64,000 bases of DNA from an uncultured delta proteobacterium (GCA_963806225.1 CAWDXG010000004.1:2496001-2560000); one strand, 5' to 3'; shown: positions 8,630 through 19,637, counted from the stretch's first letter. Translations and numbers: made by a program. Notes: generated by a model from the letters alone, not told the origin.

Positions 8630-11600
8630 ATGTCGTTGCTCCGGCTGCTGGTCGCATTGCCCGTTGTGCTGGTCATCGCCGGTTGCGGATCGCAGCACCG
8701 GGAGGCTTCGCAGTCGTTCCCGGATGCGGGGACGGCCGCGTCGCGCGCGCTCGTCGCGAGCGCGCACCCGGCGCTCGCAGGCATGGCGGATCCGGCCAGG
8801 CGCGCCGCGCGGATTCGCGCCGCACAGACAAACCCAGGCCCTGGATACGGCGTCCGCCTGGACGGTGAGGCGGTCCGCTTCGCGGGAATCTCGCTCCGGC
8901 TCTCGAATGCGCCGAGCGTGACGTCGCGCAAGGTCGAGGCCAATCGCGCCGCGCTGGAGCGCGGTGCGGGGCTCCGCGAGTGGTACCGGAGCGGGCCGCT
9001 CGGTCTCGAGCAGGGCTTCGACGTCGCGGTGCCGCCGGCCGGCGGCGAGATTGCCATCAACGTCGCAGTCGGCGGCGCGATTCCGCTGCAGGCGGGCGAC
9101 GGCCGAGATCGCTCTCGCGGACGCCGCAGGTCGCCTCCGCGCACGCTACGGCGAAGCTTTCGCGCGCGACGCGGAGGGCAAGGCGCTGCCGGTGCGCCTC
9201 ACCGCGAGCAACGACGGCATCGCGATTCGCGTCGCGGCGCGCGGCGCGACGTTCCCGGTGGAGATCGATCCGCTCATGTGGCTGACGCAGGCCAGGCTCG
9301 TGGCGAGCGACGGGGCGAACCTCGACACGTTCGGCAGCTCGGTCGCGCTGTCGGGCGACACCGCGCTGGTCGGGGCCTACTTCAAGAACAACGGGACCGG
9401 CGCGGCGTACGCGTTCGTGCGCTCGGGCACGACCTGGTCCGAGCAGCACAAGCTCGTCGCCCCCGACGCGGCGGCGGACGACTATTTTGGCCGCTCGACC
9501 ACGCTGTCGGGCGACACCGCCCTGGTCGGGGCTTCTGCAAAGAACACCGAGACCGGTGCGGCGTACGTGTTCGTGCGCTCGGGCAGCACCTGGACCGAGC
9601 AGCAGAAGCTCGGCGCCTCCGACGGTGCGAGCGGCGACCAATTCGGGTACGCGTCCGCGCTGTCGGGCGACGTTGCGCTGGTCGGGGCTTTTGGAAAGAA
9701 CAACGAGACCGGTGCGGCGTACGTGTTCGTGCGCTCGGGCACGACCTGGACCGAACAGGAGAAGCTCAGCCCCTCCGACGGCGCGAGCAATGACAGGCTC
9801 GGCAGCTCGGTCGCGCTGTCGGGCGACACCGCGCTGGTCGGCGCGTCCAGGAAGAACAGCTCTACCGGCGCGGCGTACGTGTTCGTGCGCTCGGGCACGA
9901 CCTGGACCGAGCAGCAGAAGCTCGTCGCCTCCGACGCGGCGACGGACGACTATTTCGGGCAGTCGGTGGCGCTGTCCGGCGACACGGCGCTGATCGCTGC
10001 AAGCGGGAACAGCTCCACCACCGGTGCGGCGTACGTGTTCGTGCGCTCGGGCACGACCTGGACCGAGCAGCAGAAGCTCGTCGCCTCCGACGGCGCGACG
10101 GGGGACTGGTTCGGCGGCTCGGCCGCACTGTGGGGCGACACCGCGCTGATCGGCGCGTACCGCAGGACCGGCTACCCTGGCGCGGCCTATGTGTTCGTGC
10201 GATCGGGCGCCACGTGGACAGAGCAGCAGAAGCTGGTGGCGATCGATGCCGCGGCCGGTGACTACTTCGGGTACTCCGCGGCGGTGTCGGGCGACACCGC
10301 GCTGATCGGCGCGATCACGAAGAACAGCGGCGCGGCGTACGTCTCCGTGCTCTCGGATTGCGCCAGCGGCTTCTACGCGGATGGCTATTGTTGCGACACC
10401 GCGTGCACGGCGGCGTGCCGGACGTGCAGCGCGACGCCCGGCACGTGCACCCCGGTGACAAACGCCGAGGACGTGGACACCTGCGCGGGCAGCAACACAT
10501 GCGACGCCAGCGGCGCGTGCAAGAAGAAGAACGCATGGCCGTGCAGCACGGGCGGTGAGTGCGCGAGCACGTTCTGCATCGACGGTCACTGTTGCAACAG
10601 CGCCTGCGCGGGCAGCTGCGAGTCGTGCTCTTCGGGTACCTGCTCGCCACGCCCGCCGTCGGCAAGTGTTCCGTCGTGCGCGCCGTACCGCTGCGACGGT
10701 ATCAGCGGCGCATGCCCCACAAGCTGCGCCTCCGACATGTACTGTAGTGGGAACGATTTCTGCGACGCGAACGGCGCGTGCTTGCCGAGGAAAGCGCAGG
10801 CCTCCGCCTGCGCGGCAGACAACGAATGCCTATCCTGGCACTGTGCTGATGGCTACTGCTGCGACGCCGCCTGCTCCGGCCCGTGCGATCGCTGCGACGG
10901 GGCAGACCAGGGCTGGCCCGGCACAACGAACGGCACGTGCGTCATCGCGCCGGCGGGCTATCCCGGTGATCCCGCATGCACGGCGTACGCATGCACCGGC
11001 TCGAACCCGACGTGCACGGGTACCCAGTGCTCCGGGGATAGCGATTGCGCGACCGGATACTACTGCGCCGACAGCGGCACGTGCGTGGAGCAGAAGGCAG
11101 AGGGCGCGAAGTGCAACGACGCGGCCGGCGTGAACTGTCACGAGGCAGGCTGCCGCGTGTGCGCGACCGGCCATTGCGTCGACGGCGCGTGCTGCGACTC
11201 GGCGTGCGACGGCCAGTGCCAGGCGTGCGATATCAGCGGCAGCGAGGGCACGTGCAGCCCGGTCACGGGCGCACCTCACGGTGCGCGCCCCGCCTGCGCC
11301 GGCACTGGCGTCTGCCAGGGTGCGTGCGACGGAACGACGACCGATGCGTGTGCCTTCCCGGACAGCACGACGGCATGCGGCGCGGGTAGCAGCTGCGACG
11401 GGCAGGGCACGTGTGTGGGAGCGGCCGGAACCGGAGGCAGCGGCGGCGCAGGCGGCGTCGCGGGCTCCGGCGCAATGGGCGGCACAGTGTCAGACGGCGG
11501 TCCCGACACGGACGGCGGCTCTCCGGCCGGGAGCGGAGACGAAAGCGGCTGCGGCTGCGCCGTGCCCGGCGGCTCGCACACCAACTCTGCGGCATGGCTG

Positions 11601-11660
11601 CTGCTCGGGCTCGGGTTCTTCGCGGCACGAAGTCGGCGATCGTCGGCGCGGCGGCCGTGA
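8630..11660 (+). CDS. FG-GAP (integrin-like) repeat protein with Cys-rich region and MYXO-CTERM anchor; apparent +1 frameshift at about 9101
   Basis: About six FG.SVALSGDTALVGA...GAAYVFVRSGTTWTEQQKL repeats; N-terminal REWYRSGPLGLEQGF domain in another frame, rejoined by removing one G at 9101-9102; C-terminal GCGCAVPG..AAWLLLGLGFFAARSRR. Confidence 0.85.
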
Positions 11661-11766
11661 TCCCCCGCCCGCCTGCGCCCGCAGCGCCCCCCGCCGCTGC
11701 CACAGGCGACGAGCATCAACGAAAGCAGAACACCAGCCAAAGGAGGCGCGCTCGGCGGAGCGACCG

Positions 11767-13560
11767 TCAACCCTGCGGCTTCTTCTTCGACTTGTGCGAC
11801 TTGAACGGCTTCGGCTTGTGCGGGCGGTCGAAGCGCGGGGGCCTGCTCGCGTCGAAGGGGCGGCGCCTTTCGCCTGCAGGGCGGCTGCTGCCGGTGCCGG
11901 GGCGCGCCCGGGAGAGCGGCACGCCGCGACCGCGCAGCTGTAGCGTCTGGTGTTCGCGCAGAAGGTCCTGCCCTATCTCCGCCGGCACGCGCACGAAGCT
12001 CTTGTGCTCCTCGACCGTGATGCGGCCGATAGCCTTGCCCGGCACGCCTGCGTCGTTGGCGATGGCGCCCACGATGTCCTGCGGGCGCACGCCGCGTGCG
12101 CTGCCCACCGGCAGGAACAGCTCGACCTCGTCGCCCGCCGGCGCGCCGCGGGGCGGGTGGCGACCGGGCTCGAAGCGCGGCTTGGGCCCGGGTTTCTGTG
12201 GGAACTTGTGCGGGCGGGCCCAGATCGGCGGGCGCTCGTCGGCCGGGCGCTCGAGATCGAGCCCGCGCGCGCGGGCAAGCACGTCGAGCGCGGCGATCAG
12301 CGCCGCCCGCTCGCCGCCCTTTTCTGAAAGCGCTTCCGCCAGCGCGCCCAGCTCCGGCGCCGGCTCGCGTTCGAGCGCGCCGGCTATCTCTTCCCGTAGT
12401 CGAGAGACTTGCCGCGTGCGGATCTCCGCATCCGACGGCACGGCGAGCGGCTTGATCTCTGCTCCAAGCGCCCGCTCGAAATAGCGCAGCCGTCCGACCT
12501 CGCGGGGCGACACCAGGCTCGTCGCGATGCCCGCCCGCCCCGCGCGCCCCGTGCGCCCGATCCGGTGCACGTAGCTCTCGAGATCCGTCGGCAGGTCCAG
12601 GTTGATGACGTGCGACAGGTGCTCCACGTCGAGCCCGCGCGCCGCTACGTCGGTTGCCACCACGATGTCGATGCGTCCGCTGCGCAGTCGGGTCAGCACC
12701 AGCTCGCGCGCGCCCTGGTTCAGATCCCCGTGCAGCGCTTCGACTGACAGGCCGCGCGACGCCAGCGCGCCCGCCGCTTCGGCCGCGCCCGCCTTCGTGC
12801 GCGAGAAGATCAAGGTCGCGTCGTGCGGCTCGGCGGCGATAAGCCGCGCCAGCGCGTCGGGCTTGTGCGCCTCGGGCACCAAGAGCCAACGCTGGGTGAT
12901 GTGGTGCGTCGAAAGCGCCTGCTGCTCGACCTGGATCTCGATCGGATCGCGCAGATACTTTGCGGCGATGCGACGGATGGGGTCGGGCATGCTCGCCGAG
13001 AACAGCGCGACCTGCCGCTCCGCAGGCGTCGCCGCGAGCACGCGCTCCACGTCGTCGATGAAGCCCATGCGCAGCATCTCGTCCGCCTCGTCGAGCACCA
13101 GCAGCTCGAGCTGCGACAGATCCAACGTGCCGCGGTCGACGTGGTCGAGCACGCGTCCAGGCGTTCCCACTACGACCGACAGACCCGCGCGGAGCGCTCG
13201 CAGCTGCTGGCCGTACGGAACACCGCCGTAGAGCGTGACAACGCGTACCGGCAGCTTCCCGACCAGCGACTTGAGCGCGTCGGTCACCTGCAGCGCCAGC
13301 TCGCGGGTGGGCGCCAGCACCAGCGCGCGTACCTGCTTGCCGCCGTCCTTGAGCCGCTCGAGCAGCGGCAGCCCGAACGCCGCCGTCTTTCCTGATCCCG
13401 TGCGCGCGCGCCCGATCACGTCGCGCCCGCTCATCAGCGCAGGGATGGCCTGCGCCTGGATCGGCGTCGGTTCGTCGAAGCCCAGCGCGGCAACGGCCGA
13501 CAGCAGGCGGGCATCGAGAGCGAAGTCCTCGAACGACGAGGCCGGTTGGGTAGTGGGCAT
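11767..13560 (-). CDS. deaD: DEAD-box RNA helicase with DbpA-type RNA-binding domain (DeaD/CsdA-like)
   Basis: Q motif PTPIQ, TGSGKT, PTRELA, DEADEM, SAS, ARGLD, HRIGRTGRAG; C-terminal GVRPQDIVGAIAN. Confidence 0.9.
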   Translation of the reverse strand: MPTTQPASSFEDFALDARLLSAVAALGFDEPTPIQAQAIPALMSGRDVIGRARTGSGKTAAFGLPLLERLKDGGKQVRALVLAPTRELALQVTDALKSLVGKLPVRVVTLYGGVPYGQQLRALRAGLSVVVGTPGRVLDHVDRGTLDLSQLELLVLDEADEMLRMGFIDDVERVLAATPAERQVALFSASMPDPIRRIAAKYLRDPIEIQVEQQALSTHHITQRWLLVPEAHKPDALARLIAAEPHDATLIFSRTKAGAAEAAGALASRGLSVEALHGDLNQGARELVLTRLRSGRIDIVVATDVAARGLDVEHLSHVINLDLPTDLESYVHRIGRTGRAGRAGIATSLVSPREVGRLRYFERALGAEIKPLAVPSDAEIRTRQVSRLREEIAGALEREPAPELGALAEALSEKGGERAALIAALDVLARARGLDLERPADERPPIWARPHKFPQKPGPKPRFEPGRHPPRGAPAGDEVELFLPVGSARGVRPQDIVGAIANDAGVPGKAIGRITVEEHKSFVRVPAEIGQDLLREHQTLQLRGRGVPLSRARPGTGSSRPAGERRRPFDASRPPRFDRPHKPKPFKSHKSKKKPQG

Positions 13561-13736
13561 GCGAAAGGCGGCGAGCGGAGGGGGGTGCGTACTACGGGAT
13601 TTGCGGCCGGAGCGCCAGGATCGCCCAAATACCTCGCGCAGCCAGGCGCCCGGCGGGGCCTCCGTGCTGGCGGCGGCGAGCAAGTGGAGAGCGCGCGTTG
13701 TACCGCCGCCGCCAGTCGGTGAAGCCCGGCCCTGCA

Positions 13737-13750
13737 TTGACGGCCATCAT
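13737..13750. promoter_or_regulatory. FNR-type box upstream of the radical SAM gene
   Basis: TTGACGGCCATCAT versus consensus TTGAT-N4-ATCAA, about 65 bp before ATG 13816. Confidence 0.6.
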
Positions 13751-13815
13751 GTTCCGGGCCGTTCTCTGATTGTCTGCTGACGGAACCATGAAACGCCGGG
13801 ACCTACGCTCCCGGC

Positions 13816-15702
13816 ATGAACAACGAAAAAGCGCCCCGCGTCCTGTTGACCAGCGTGGTCCGTCCCTTCGGCGGACCCGGCGAAGGCGACTCGGTCGGCG
13901 CCGAGCTGTTCCACGCGCAGGTCACCCGCGCCCAGGGCCCCTTCAGCCTGCGGCAGGTGATCCGCGTCTGGGCCATCGACTACCTGGCCGAGAACATCCA
14001 GGCCCCGGCGGTCACGCTGCACTATCCGTCGAAGCGCGAGCTCATCCGCGAGCTTTCGACCGGCAACTACACGCACGTGGGCATCAACTTCGTGGTCGCT
14101 ACCTTCCACAAGGTGCGGGAGATGGTGCCGCTGATCCGTCGCTATGCGCCGGACGCGAAGATCATCCTCGGCGGCTACGGCACCGTGCTGCCCGACGACG
14201 TGCTCGCCGAGTGGGGCGACGCGATCTGCCGCGAGGAAGGCATCGGATTCTTGAGGCGTCTGCTGGGCGAGCCAGCGGACGCGCCGGTGCGGGCGCCGCA
14301 CGCACCGATCCCGTCCGTGCAGGTTCTGTCCTACCAGCTGCCGAGCGTCGTCGGCCACGTGACCGCGGGCCTGGGCTGCTCGAACGGCTGCGACTTCTGC
14401 TGCACGTCGCACTTCTTCAAGCAGAAGTACGTGCCCTACCTGGAGTCGGGGCGCGAGATCTACGAGGCGCTGTTCCAGACCCGTGCCCGGGCACGTGCCG
14501 ACGGGCATGAGATGAACGGCTTCATCGTGATCGACGAGGACTTCTTCCTGCACCAGCGACGGGCACGCGAGTTTCTCGACTGCGTACGCGAAGGCGGCGA
14601 GTCGTTCGGCCTGATGGGCTTCGGCAGCGTGCGCGGCCTGTCGCAGTTCACTGCGCGCGAGGTCGGGGAGATGGGGTTCGACCTGATCTGGAACGCTTTC
14701 GAGGGAGCCGAATCGGGCTACCGGAAGCAGCAGGGCAAGTCGCTGCCGGACCTCTACCGCGACCTGAAGAGCGTCGGCACGGCCCAGCTCACGTCGATGA
14801 TCATCGGCTTCCCGTACCAGGACGAACAGACCGTCTGGCGCGAGTTCGACCAGCTCATGGAGCTCGAGCCCGGACTCACGCAGTGCCTGATCTACTTCGC
14901 GTTCCCGGGCACGCCCTTCCACGCGCAGGTGATCGGCGAAGATCGCTACCTGGAGAAATTCCGCACCGCGCCCGATCTGCGTCGCTGGGACGGCTTCGCG
15001 ATGCACTTCAAGCACCCGCACTTCGACGGCCCGGCCGCGGTGGAAAAGCTCCAGCGCGCAATCTACCGGGAGGATTTCAAACGGCTCGGGCCGAGCCCGC
15101 TCCGGCTCGCCCGCGTCTGGCTCACCGGCTACGAGAACCTGAAGGACGACGAGAGCCCGCTGCTCAGGGCGCGCGCGGAGCGGCTCAGGCACGACGCGCG
15201 CGGCATCCTGCCCGCGATCAGCGCCACGACCGCCTTCGCCCCGAGCCCGGAGGTACGTGCGCGCGCCGAGGCGCTGCGCCGCGACATCATCCGGCTGACG
15301 GGCGAACCGACGGCACGCGAGCGGGCGATGGAGGCCGCCGCGCCCGCGATGTACCTGGTGTCCCGCGCGGGGCGCGCGCTCAACCTGATGCAGCAGCCCG
15401 GTCTGCTCCGCACCGAGCACCGCACCGGCTCCGCGACCGCCACCCAGCACACGCGCCACACGATGCGGCTGCAGGGCGGTGTGTTCGCCAGTCCGGCCCG
15501 CACGCTGTTCGAGGATCTGGCCTACAACGGACGCCGCATGCTCGCCCGCGTGCTGCCCGATCCGCACGCGGGCACTCCCGGCTTCAAGAGCGTGACGACG
15601 CGAAGCGGCGAGCTGCCGCATTCGCTGCCTGTCATGCCGGCAGAGGCACCCGCGCCGGAGTGCTCGGCGAGTTGTGGGATGCAGCCGGCGGCTCAGCCGT
15701 AG
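13816..15702 (+). CDS. Cobalamin-binding radical SAM protein
   Basis: N-terminal B12-binding-like domain (HVGINF...KIILGGYG) followed by CSNGCDFC (CxxxCxxC), DEDF, IIGFP, FPGTP. Confidence 0.88.
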   Translation: MNNEKAPRVLLTSVVRPFGGPGEGDSVGAELFHAQVTRAQGPFSLRQVIRVWAIDYLAENIQAPAVTLHYPSKRELIRELSTGNYTHVGINFVVATFHKVREMVPLIRRYAPDAKIILGGYGTVLPDDVLAEWGDAICREEGIGFLRRLLGEPADAPVRAPHAPIPSVQVLSYQLPSVVGHVTAGLGCSNGCDFCCTSHFFKQKYVPYLESGREIYEALFQTRARARADGHEMNGFIVIDEDFFLHQRRAREFLDCVREGGESFGLMGFGSVRGLSQFTAREVGEMGFDLIWNAFEGAESGYRKQQGKSLPDLYRDLKSVGTAQLTSMIIGFPYQDEQTVWREFDQLMELEPGLTQCLIYFAFPGTPFHAQVIGEDRYLEKFRTAPDLRRWDGFAMHFKHPHFDGPAAVEKLQRAIYREDFKRLGPSPLRLARVWLTGYENLKDDESPLLRARAERLRHDARGILPAISATTAFAPSPEVRARAEALRRDIIRLTGEPTARERAMEAAAPAMYLVSRAGRALNLMQQPGLLRTEHRTGSATATQHTRHTMRLQGGVFASPARTLFEDLAYNGRRMLARVLPDPHAGTPGFKSVTTRSGELPHSLPVMPAEAPAPECSASCGMQPAAQP

Positions 15703-16335
15703 GCGAGCCGCTCGAGCGCGTCGGAGTCCGCCACCTGCACGGGGCGAGAACGCGGAAATAGCCCCTTCGGAGCGCAGGCGCGCCAGCGCGCGGGACAGCG
15801 TCTCGGCGCTCATACCGAGCGTGCGAGCGAGCACGCGCTGCGGCATGTCCAGCACCGGACCGTTATTCTCGCGCTGGCGCAGGAGCAGGAAGCGAGCGAC
15901 CCGCTCGACGGCAGTGCCGCCGAGCTGCGAGCGCTCGGTGCCGCGCTGTCCCGCTTCACCCAGAGCCAGCTCGAGCAACGCGCCGCCCGGCGTGTCCAGC
16001 CGCCCGACCCACGCCTTGACAGCGCGCGCGTCCAGCGCGCACGCCTTCACGTCGGTCAACGCCATGGCGCGGTAGGGCGACGGCGCGCCCGTGAGCAGCT
16101 CGAGCCCGATCATGTGACCGGCCGAGCGCACAGCGCACCACAGCTCTGCGCCACTCTCATCGGTCGCCCTGAGCAGCACCTGGCCGTCGCGGATCAGCCA
16201 CGCCGACGTAGGCGGCTCGTTCTGTTCCACCAGCAGGCTTCCGGGCTTCTTCTTGATTTCGTAGAAGGGGCAGGATTCCGGCTGTGACGCGCGTCCGAGA
16301 ACGCACTCCTGGCACTGTGCAGCAACGTCGTTCAT
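15693..16335 (-). CDS. FNR-like Crp/Fnr transcriptional regulator; apparent +1 frameshift at about 15742
   Basis: CQEC-x10-C N-terminal cluster, fourth Cys in ALTDVKAC, HTH MSAETLSRAL; dropping one base in gggg 15741-15744 gives ...SPVQVADSDALERLAYG*. Confidence 0.85.
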
Positions 16336-16390
16336 GCCCTCGAATTTGCGCCCTCGAGCGAACCCCAGGCAAGCCGGGCCGCCGGCGTTG

Positions 16391-16404
16391 TTGACGTCCA
16401 TCAT
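16391..16404. promoter_or_regulatory. FNR-type box in the divergent intergenic region
   Basis: TTGACGTCCATCAT. Confidence 0.6.
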
Positions 16405-16469
16405 TTGGACGTCGGCGCGCGCTCACCCCCGATCATACCGACTTTGTCGCATGACGGGCCGCTCCGGGA

Positions 16470-16483
16470 ATGACACATGTCAT
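16470..16483. promoter_or_regulatory. Second Crp/FNR-type palindrome upstream of the heme protein
   Basis: ATGAC-ACAT-GTCAT, about 50 bp before ATG 16533. Confidence 0.45.
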
Positions 16484-16532
16484 GCAAGGCCGGACCGGGA
16501 GCCCGCACACTGGTCAGGTGAGGAGGTGCGGG

Positions 16533-19500
16533 ATGAAGGTCGAGCTCATCTGGTCCAAGCGCGCGCTGGTCTGGCTTATTCCCGCGCTGCTGACGCTCGG
16601 CGGATGTTCGCGACGGGACTACGGCCCGAGCTCCACCTACTACGACCGTCACGTAGCGCCGACGCTCCAGGGCGCCTGCGTTCGCAGCCCGACAGGCTCC
16701 AGCTGCCACGTCACCGCCGACACGCACGGCAACGCCCTCGGCAACCTGGACACGTCGGGCTACAACATGGTCGCCAAGCGTCGCGACCTGCTCCAGAACT
16801 ACGGGCCGTACGGCATGCCGGAGCTGTTGGTGAAGGTGGTGCCGCCTTTCCAGATGCAGCTGACCGCCTGGGACGGGACCGTCACCGACGTGACCACGGA
16901 CATCCCGCACGCGGGCGGCTCTCTGCTGGACTTCGGGTCGGCGAGCTTCGTGACGATCTCGCGCTGGCTGGCTCGCGGGGCCCAGGCGAACAACGTCCCA
17001 CCCCGGCAGCCGAAGCTGACGCTCTCTCCGTGCAGCGACCGCCTCGGGCACGACACGCTGTTCGACCCGTCCGTGGCTCCGTCCACCGCCGACTATTCCA
17101 CATTCGTCGACAAGGTGAACGACATCCTGTCGACGAAGTGCGCGGCAGGCAACTGCCATGGATCGGCCGAGAACTCGTTCTACCTCACGTGCGGCACCAG
17201 CAACGAAGAGAAGCGATGGAACTACTTCGCCGCGAGTGACTACGTCGCAGCGGACGCACCGACCAGCGAGCTCCTGCGCCGCGCGCTCGACCCGGCGTAC
17301 GGCGGCACCTTCCACGAGGGCGGTTCCTTCTTCTCCTCTCCCCAGGCTCCGGACTACCAGGCGATTTTCGCGTGGGCGAAGAAGAAGGGCGGCCCCAGTC
17401 ACATCCCCACCGACGCGGGCTTCGACTTCTTCGCCAAGCGGGTACAGCCCCTGTTCGCCAAGAAGGGCTGCATGCTGCTCGGCTGCCACTCGCCCGCGGC
17501 GTTCAACAGCTTCCGCCTGCGCGCCGGCAGCGCCGGACACTTCGGCCTGCCCGCGACCCGCAACAATTACCACGCGGCGCTGGCGCAGGTCGCGCTGGAG
17601 TCACCGGACCCCAACAAGAGTCGCATCCTGCAGAAGAACCTGCCGCTGTACCCGGCGGGCGCGGGCATCCGCCATCGCGGCGGTTCACTCTTCGCGGCAG
17701 GCGGTGATCCTTCGGCGTGCGACCTGGACGCGGCCCGGAGCGGCCCGCTCGACCAGCAGGATCCCTACTGCGTGCTGGTCGCCTGGATCGAGAAGGAACG
17801 CGCGGCGCGCACCGCGGCACTCGCACCGTTGTCGGCCATCGTGTACGTGAAACGTCCGCCCGCGCCGCTGCCCGACAGGCCGCAGGACTACGCAACCTAC
17901 GCGCCGGGGGCCGACCTGCGCATCGCCGACGCATCGCTGGACGCGTCGGGCGCGCTCGTGATGGGCGGTGGAGACCGGAGCCTGCTCGCCGGCTGCGGGC
18001 TCGACCCGGCGACAGCGGACGTGCGACGCCCGGCAGTGTCGTGGGACGGCAAGCTCATCGCCTTCGCGGCACGGAGCGCCGCGGCCGGGCCGTTCCACGT
18101 CTACACGGTGCTGCCGGACGGCAGCGACTGCAAGCTGGATCCAATCATCAATGCGGCGCCCACCGACGACAACGGCAAGCCGGTGCCGGACAACGGCGAG
18201 CTCGTCCACAACTTCGACCCCGCGTTCGCCCCCGACGGCAGCCTGGTGTTCGCTTCGACCCGTGGCAACACCAAGAACACCGCCGCGTTCGACTACCAGG
18301 GGCCGCAGCGCACGCCGGCCGATCCCTCGAAGCTCAACGCCAACCTGTACGTGAAGCAGGACGGCCACGTGCGGCAGCTGACGTTCCTGTTGAACCAGGA
18401 GATCGCGCCGTCGTTCGAGATCAACGGACAGCTGCTGTTCTCGGCCGAGAAGCGCACACCCGGTTTCTACCAGCTCGCCGGGCGCCGCCTGAACCTCGAC
18501 GGCGGCGACTACCATCCGCTGTTCGGTCAGCGCGGAAGTATCGGCTACGACCAGGTGCTGGATCTAGTGCAGCTGGTGGATCGCGACTTCGCCGCCATCC
18601 TGAGCGACCGCGGCGCCGCGCACAGCGCGGGCACTGTGGTCGTGCTGAACCGCTCGCTCGGCCCCGACCAGTACAGCAAGAACCCCGAGGACTACCCGGC
18701 CAACCCGGACGCGATGCACTTCGTCTCGCCCTCCTTCTTCCAGCACTCGATGACGTTCCCCGATGCGGCCGCCACCGGACACGTCGGCAAGCCGACCCGG
18801 GGCGCATACCGTGACCTCTCCGTATTGCCCAACGGCAACCTGCTCGTCAGCTACGCAGCCGGCGTGACGAACCTCGCGAAATTCGACGGCGGCTTCGACG
18901 TGGTCGAGCTCGATCCGGTGAGCGGCCAGCGCACACCGCTGTTCGGCGCCCCGGCTACCGACGAGCTGTGGCCTGTCGCGGTCTACGGCCGGGTCGACCG
19001 CGGCGTGTTCCACTCCACACCGAAGGACCCAGCGGGCAGCGCCGTCATCTACACCCAGGACGACGGACAGCCGCGCGTCGATCGGGCGCAGCTCACGTAC
19101 ATGGACTTCCCGATGATCACCAGCCTGATGTTCCAGAACACGCGCGGTGGCCGTCCCATGCAGCCCATGACCTCGTTCCAGCTGTGGGAGGATCTGCCGC
19201 CGAAGGGCGTCACCTCGCTCGACCAGTCGAGCCCGTTCATCACCAGCGACGAGTACGGCAAGCTCTACGCGCGCCGCCGGCTGCTCGGCAGCGTGCCGCT
19301 GCTCGCCGACGGATCGACCCGCGTGCAGATCCCGGGCGGCATGCCGGTCAGCTACGCGGTGGAGGCCAAGCTGGAGGGCGACGACAAGCCGCGAGTACAC
19401 CAGCAGCGCGAATCCATCCAGTACTACCCCGGCGAATGGGTCACGCTCTCCTTCCGCCACGAGATGTTCAACGGGTTCTGCGGCGGCTGCCACGGCTCGC

Positions 19501-19637
19501 TGAGCGGCATGGAGACCGACGTATCGGTCAAACCCGACATCCTGACCAAGGCGTCCAGCGTCGAGGCCAAGGGCTCCGACGCCGTCCAGCTCCTCGAGCG
19601 CGGAGCGGGAGCCGGCGAGGTGCCTGCCTACCCCTGA
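16533..19637 (+). CDS. Multiheme lipoprotein with TolB/PD40-like propeller and hydrazine synthase alpha-like C-terminal domain
   Basis: AGGAGG SD; LGGC lipobox; CX8CH, CX4CH, CX4CH, CGGCH; PAVSWDGKLIAF, DPAFAPDGSLVFAS; GSVPLLADGS...YPGE...CGGCH. Confidence 0.8.
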   Translation: MKVELIWSKRALVWLIPALLTLGGCSRRDYGPSSTYYDRHVAPTLQGACVRSPTGSSCHVTADTHGNALGNLDTSGYNMVAKRRDLLQNYGPYGMPELLVKVVPPFQMQLTAWDGTVTDVTTDIPHAGGSLLDFGSASFVTISRWLARGAQANNVPPRQPKLTLSPCSDRLGHDTLFDPSVAPSTADYSTFVDKVNDILSTKCAAGNCHGSAENSFYLTCGTSNEEKRWNYFAASDYVAADAPTSELLRRALDPAYGGTFHEGGSFFSSPQAPDYQAIFAWAKKKGGPSHIPTDAGFDFFAKRVQPLFAKKGCMLLGCHSPAAFNSFRLRAGSAGHFGLPATRNNYHAALAQVALESPDPNKSRILQKNLPLYPAGAGIRHRGGSLFAAGGDPSACDLDAARSGPLDQQDPYCVLVAWIEKERAARTAALAPLSAIVYVKRPPAPLPDRPQDYATYAPGADLRIADASLDASGALVMGGGDRSLLAGCGLDPATADVRRPAVSWDGKLIAFAARSAAAGPFHVYTVLPDGSDCKLDPIINAAPTDDNGKPVPDNGELVHNFDPAFAPDGSLVFASTRGNTKNTAAFDYQGPQRTPADPSKLNANLYVKQDGHVRQLTFLLNQEIAPSFEINGQLLFSAEKRTPGFYQLAGRRLNLDGGDYHPLFGQRGSIGYDQVLDLVQLVDRDFAAILSDRGAAHSAGTVVVLNRSLGPDQYSKNPEDYPANPDAMHFVSPSFFQHSMTFPDAAATGHVGKPTRGAYRDLSVLPNGNLLVSYAAGVTNLAKFDGGFDVVELDPVSGQRTPLFGAPATDELWPVAVYGRVDRGVFHSTPKDPAGSAVIYTQDDGQPRVDRAQLTYMDFPMITSLMFQNTRGGRPMQPMTSFQLWEDLPPKGVTSLDQSSPFITSDEYGKLYARRRLLGSVPLLADGSTRVQIPGGMPVSYAVEAKLEGDDKPRVHQQRESIQYYPGEWVTLSFRHEMFNGFCGGCHGSLSGMETDVSVKPDILTKASSVEAKGSDAVQLLERGAGAGEVPAYP

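Noticed and set aside
9290..10345. Near-identical ~165-bp repeats as DGR template/variable repeats or CRISPR
   Set aside because: In-frame FG-GAP protein repeats; differences are not adenine-specific; the only RT in the window is group II type
13747..16404. 885-aa minus-strand ORF as a giant Crp fusion
   Set aside because: Read-through caused by a frameshift at about 15742; the remainder is the antisense shadow of the radical SAM gene
16533..19637. Evidence for anammox metabolism
   Set aside because: Only an alpha-like domain is seen; no hzsB/C or hydrazine dehydrogenase genes in the window
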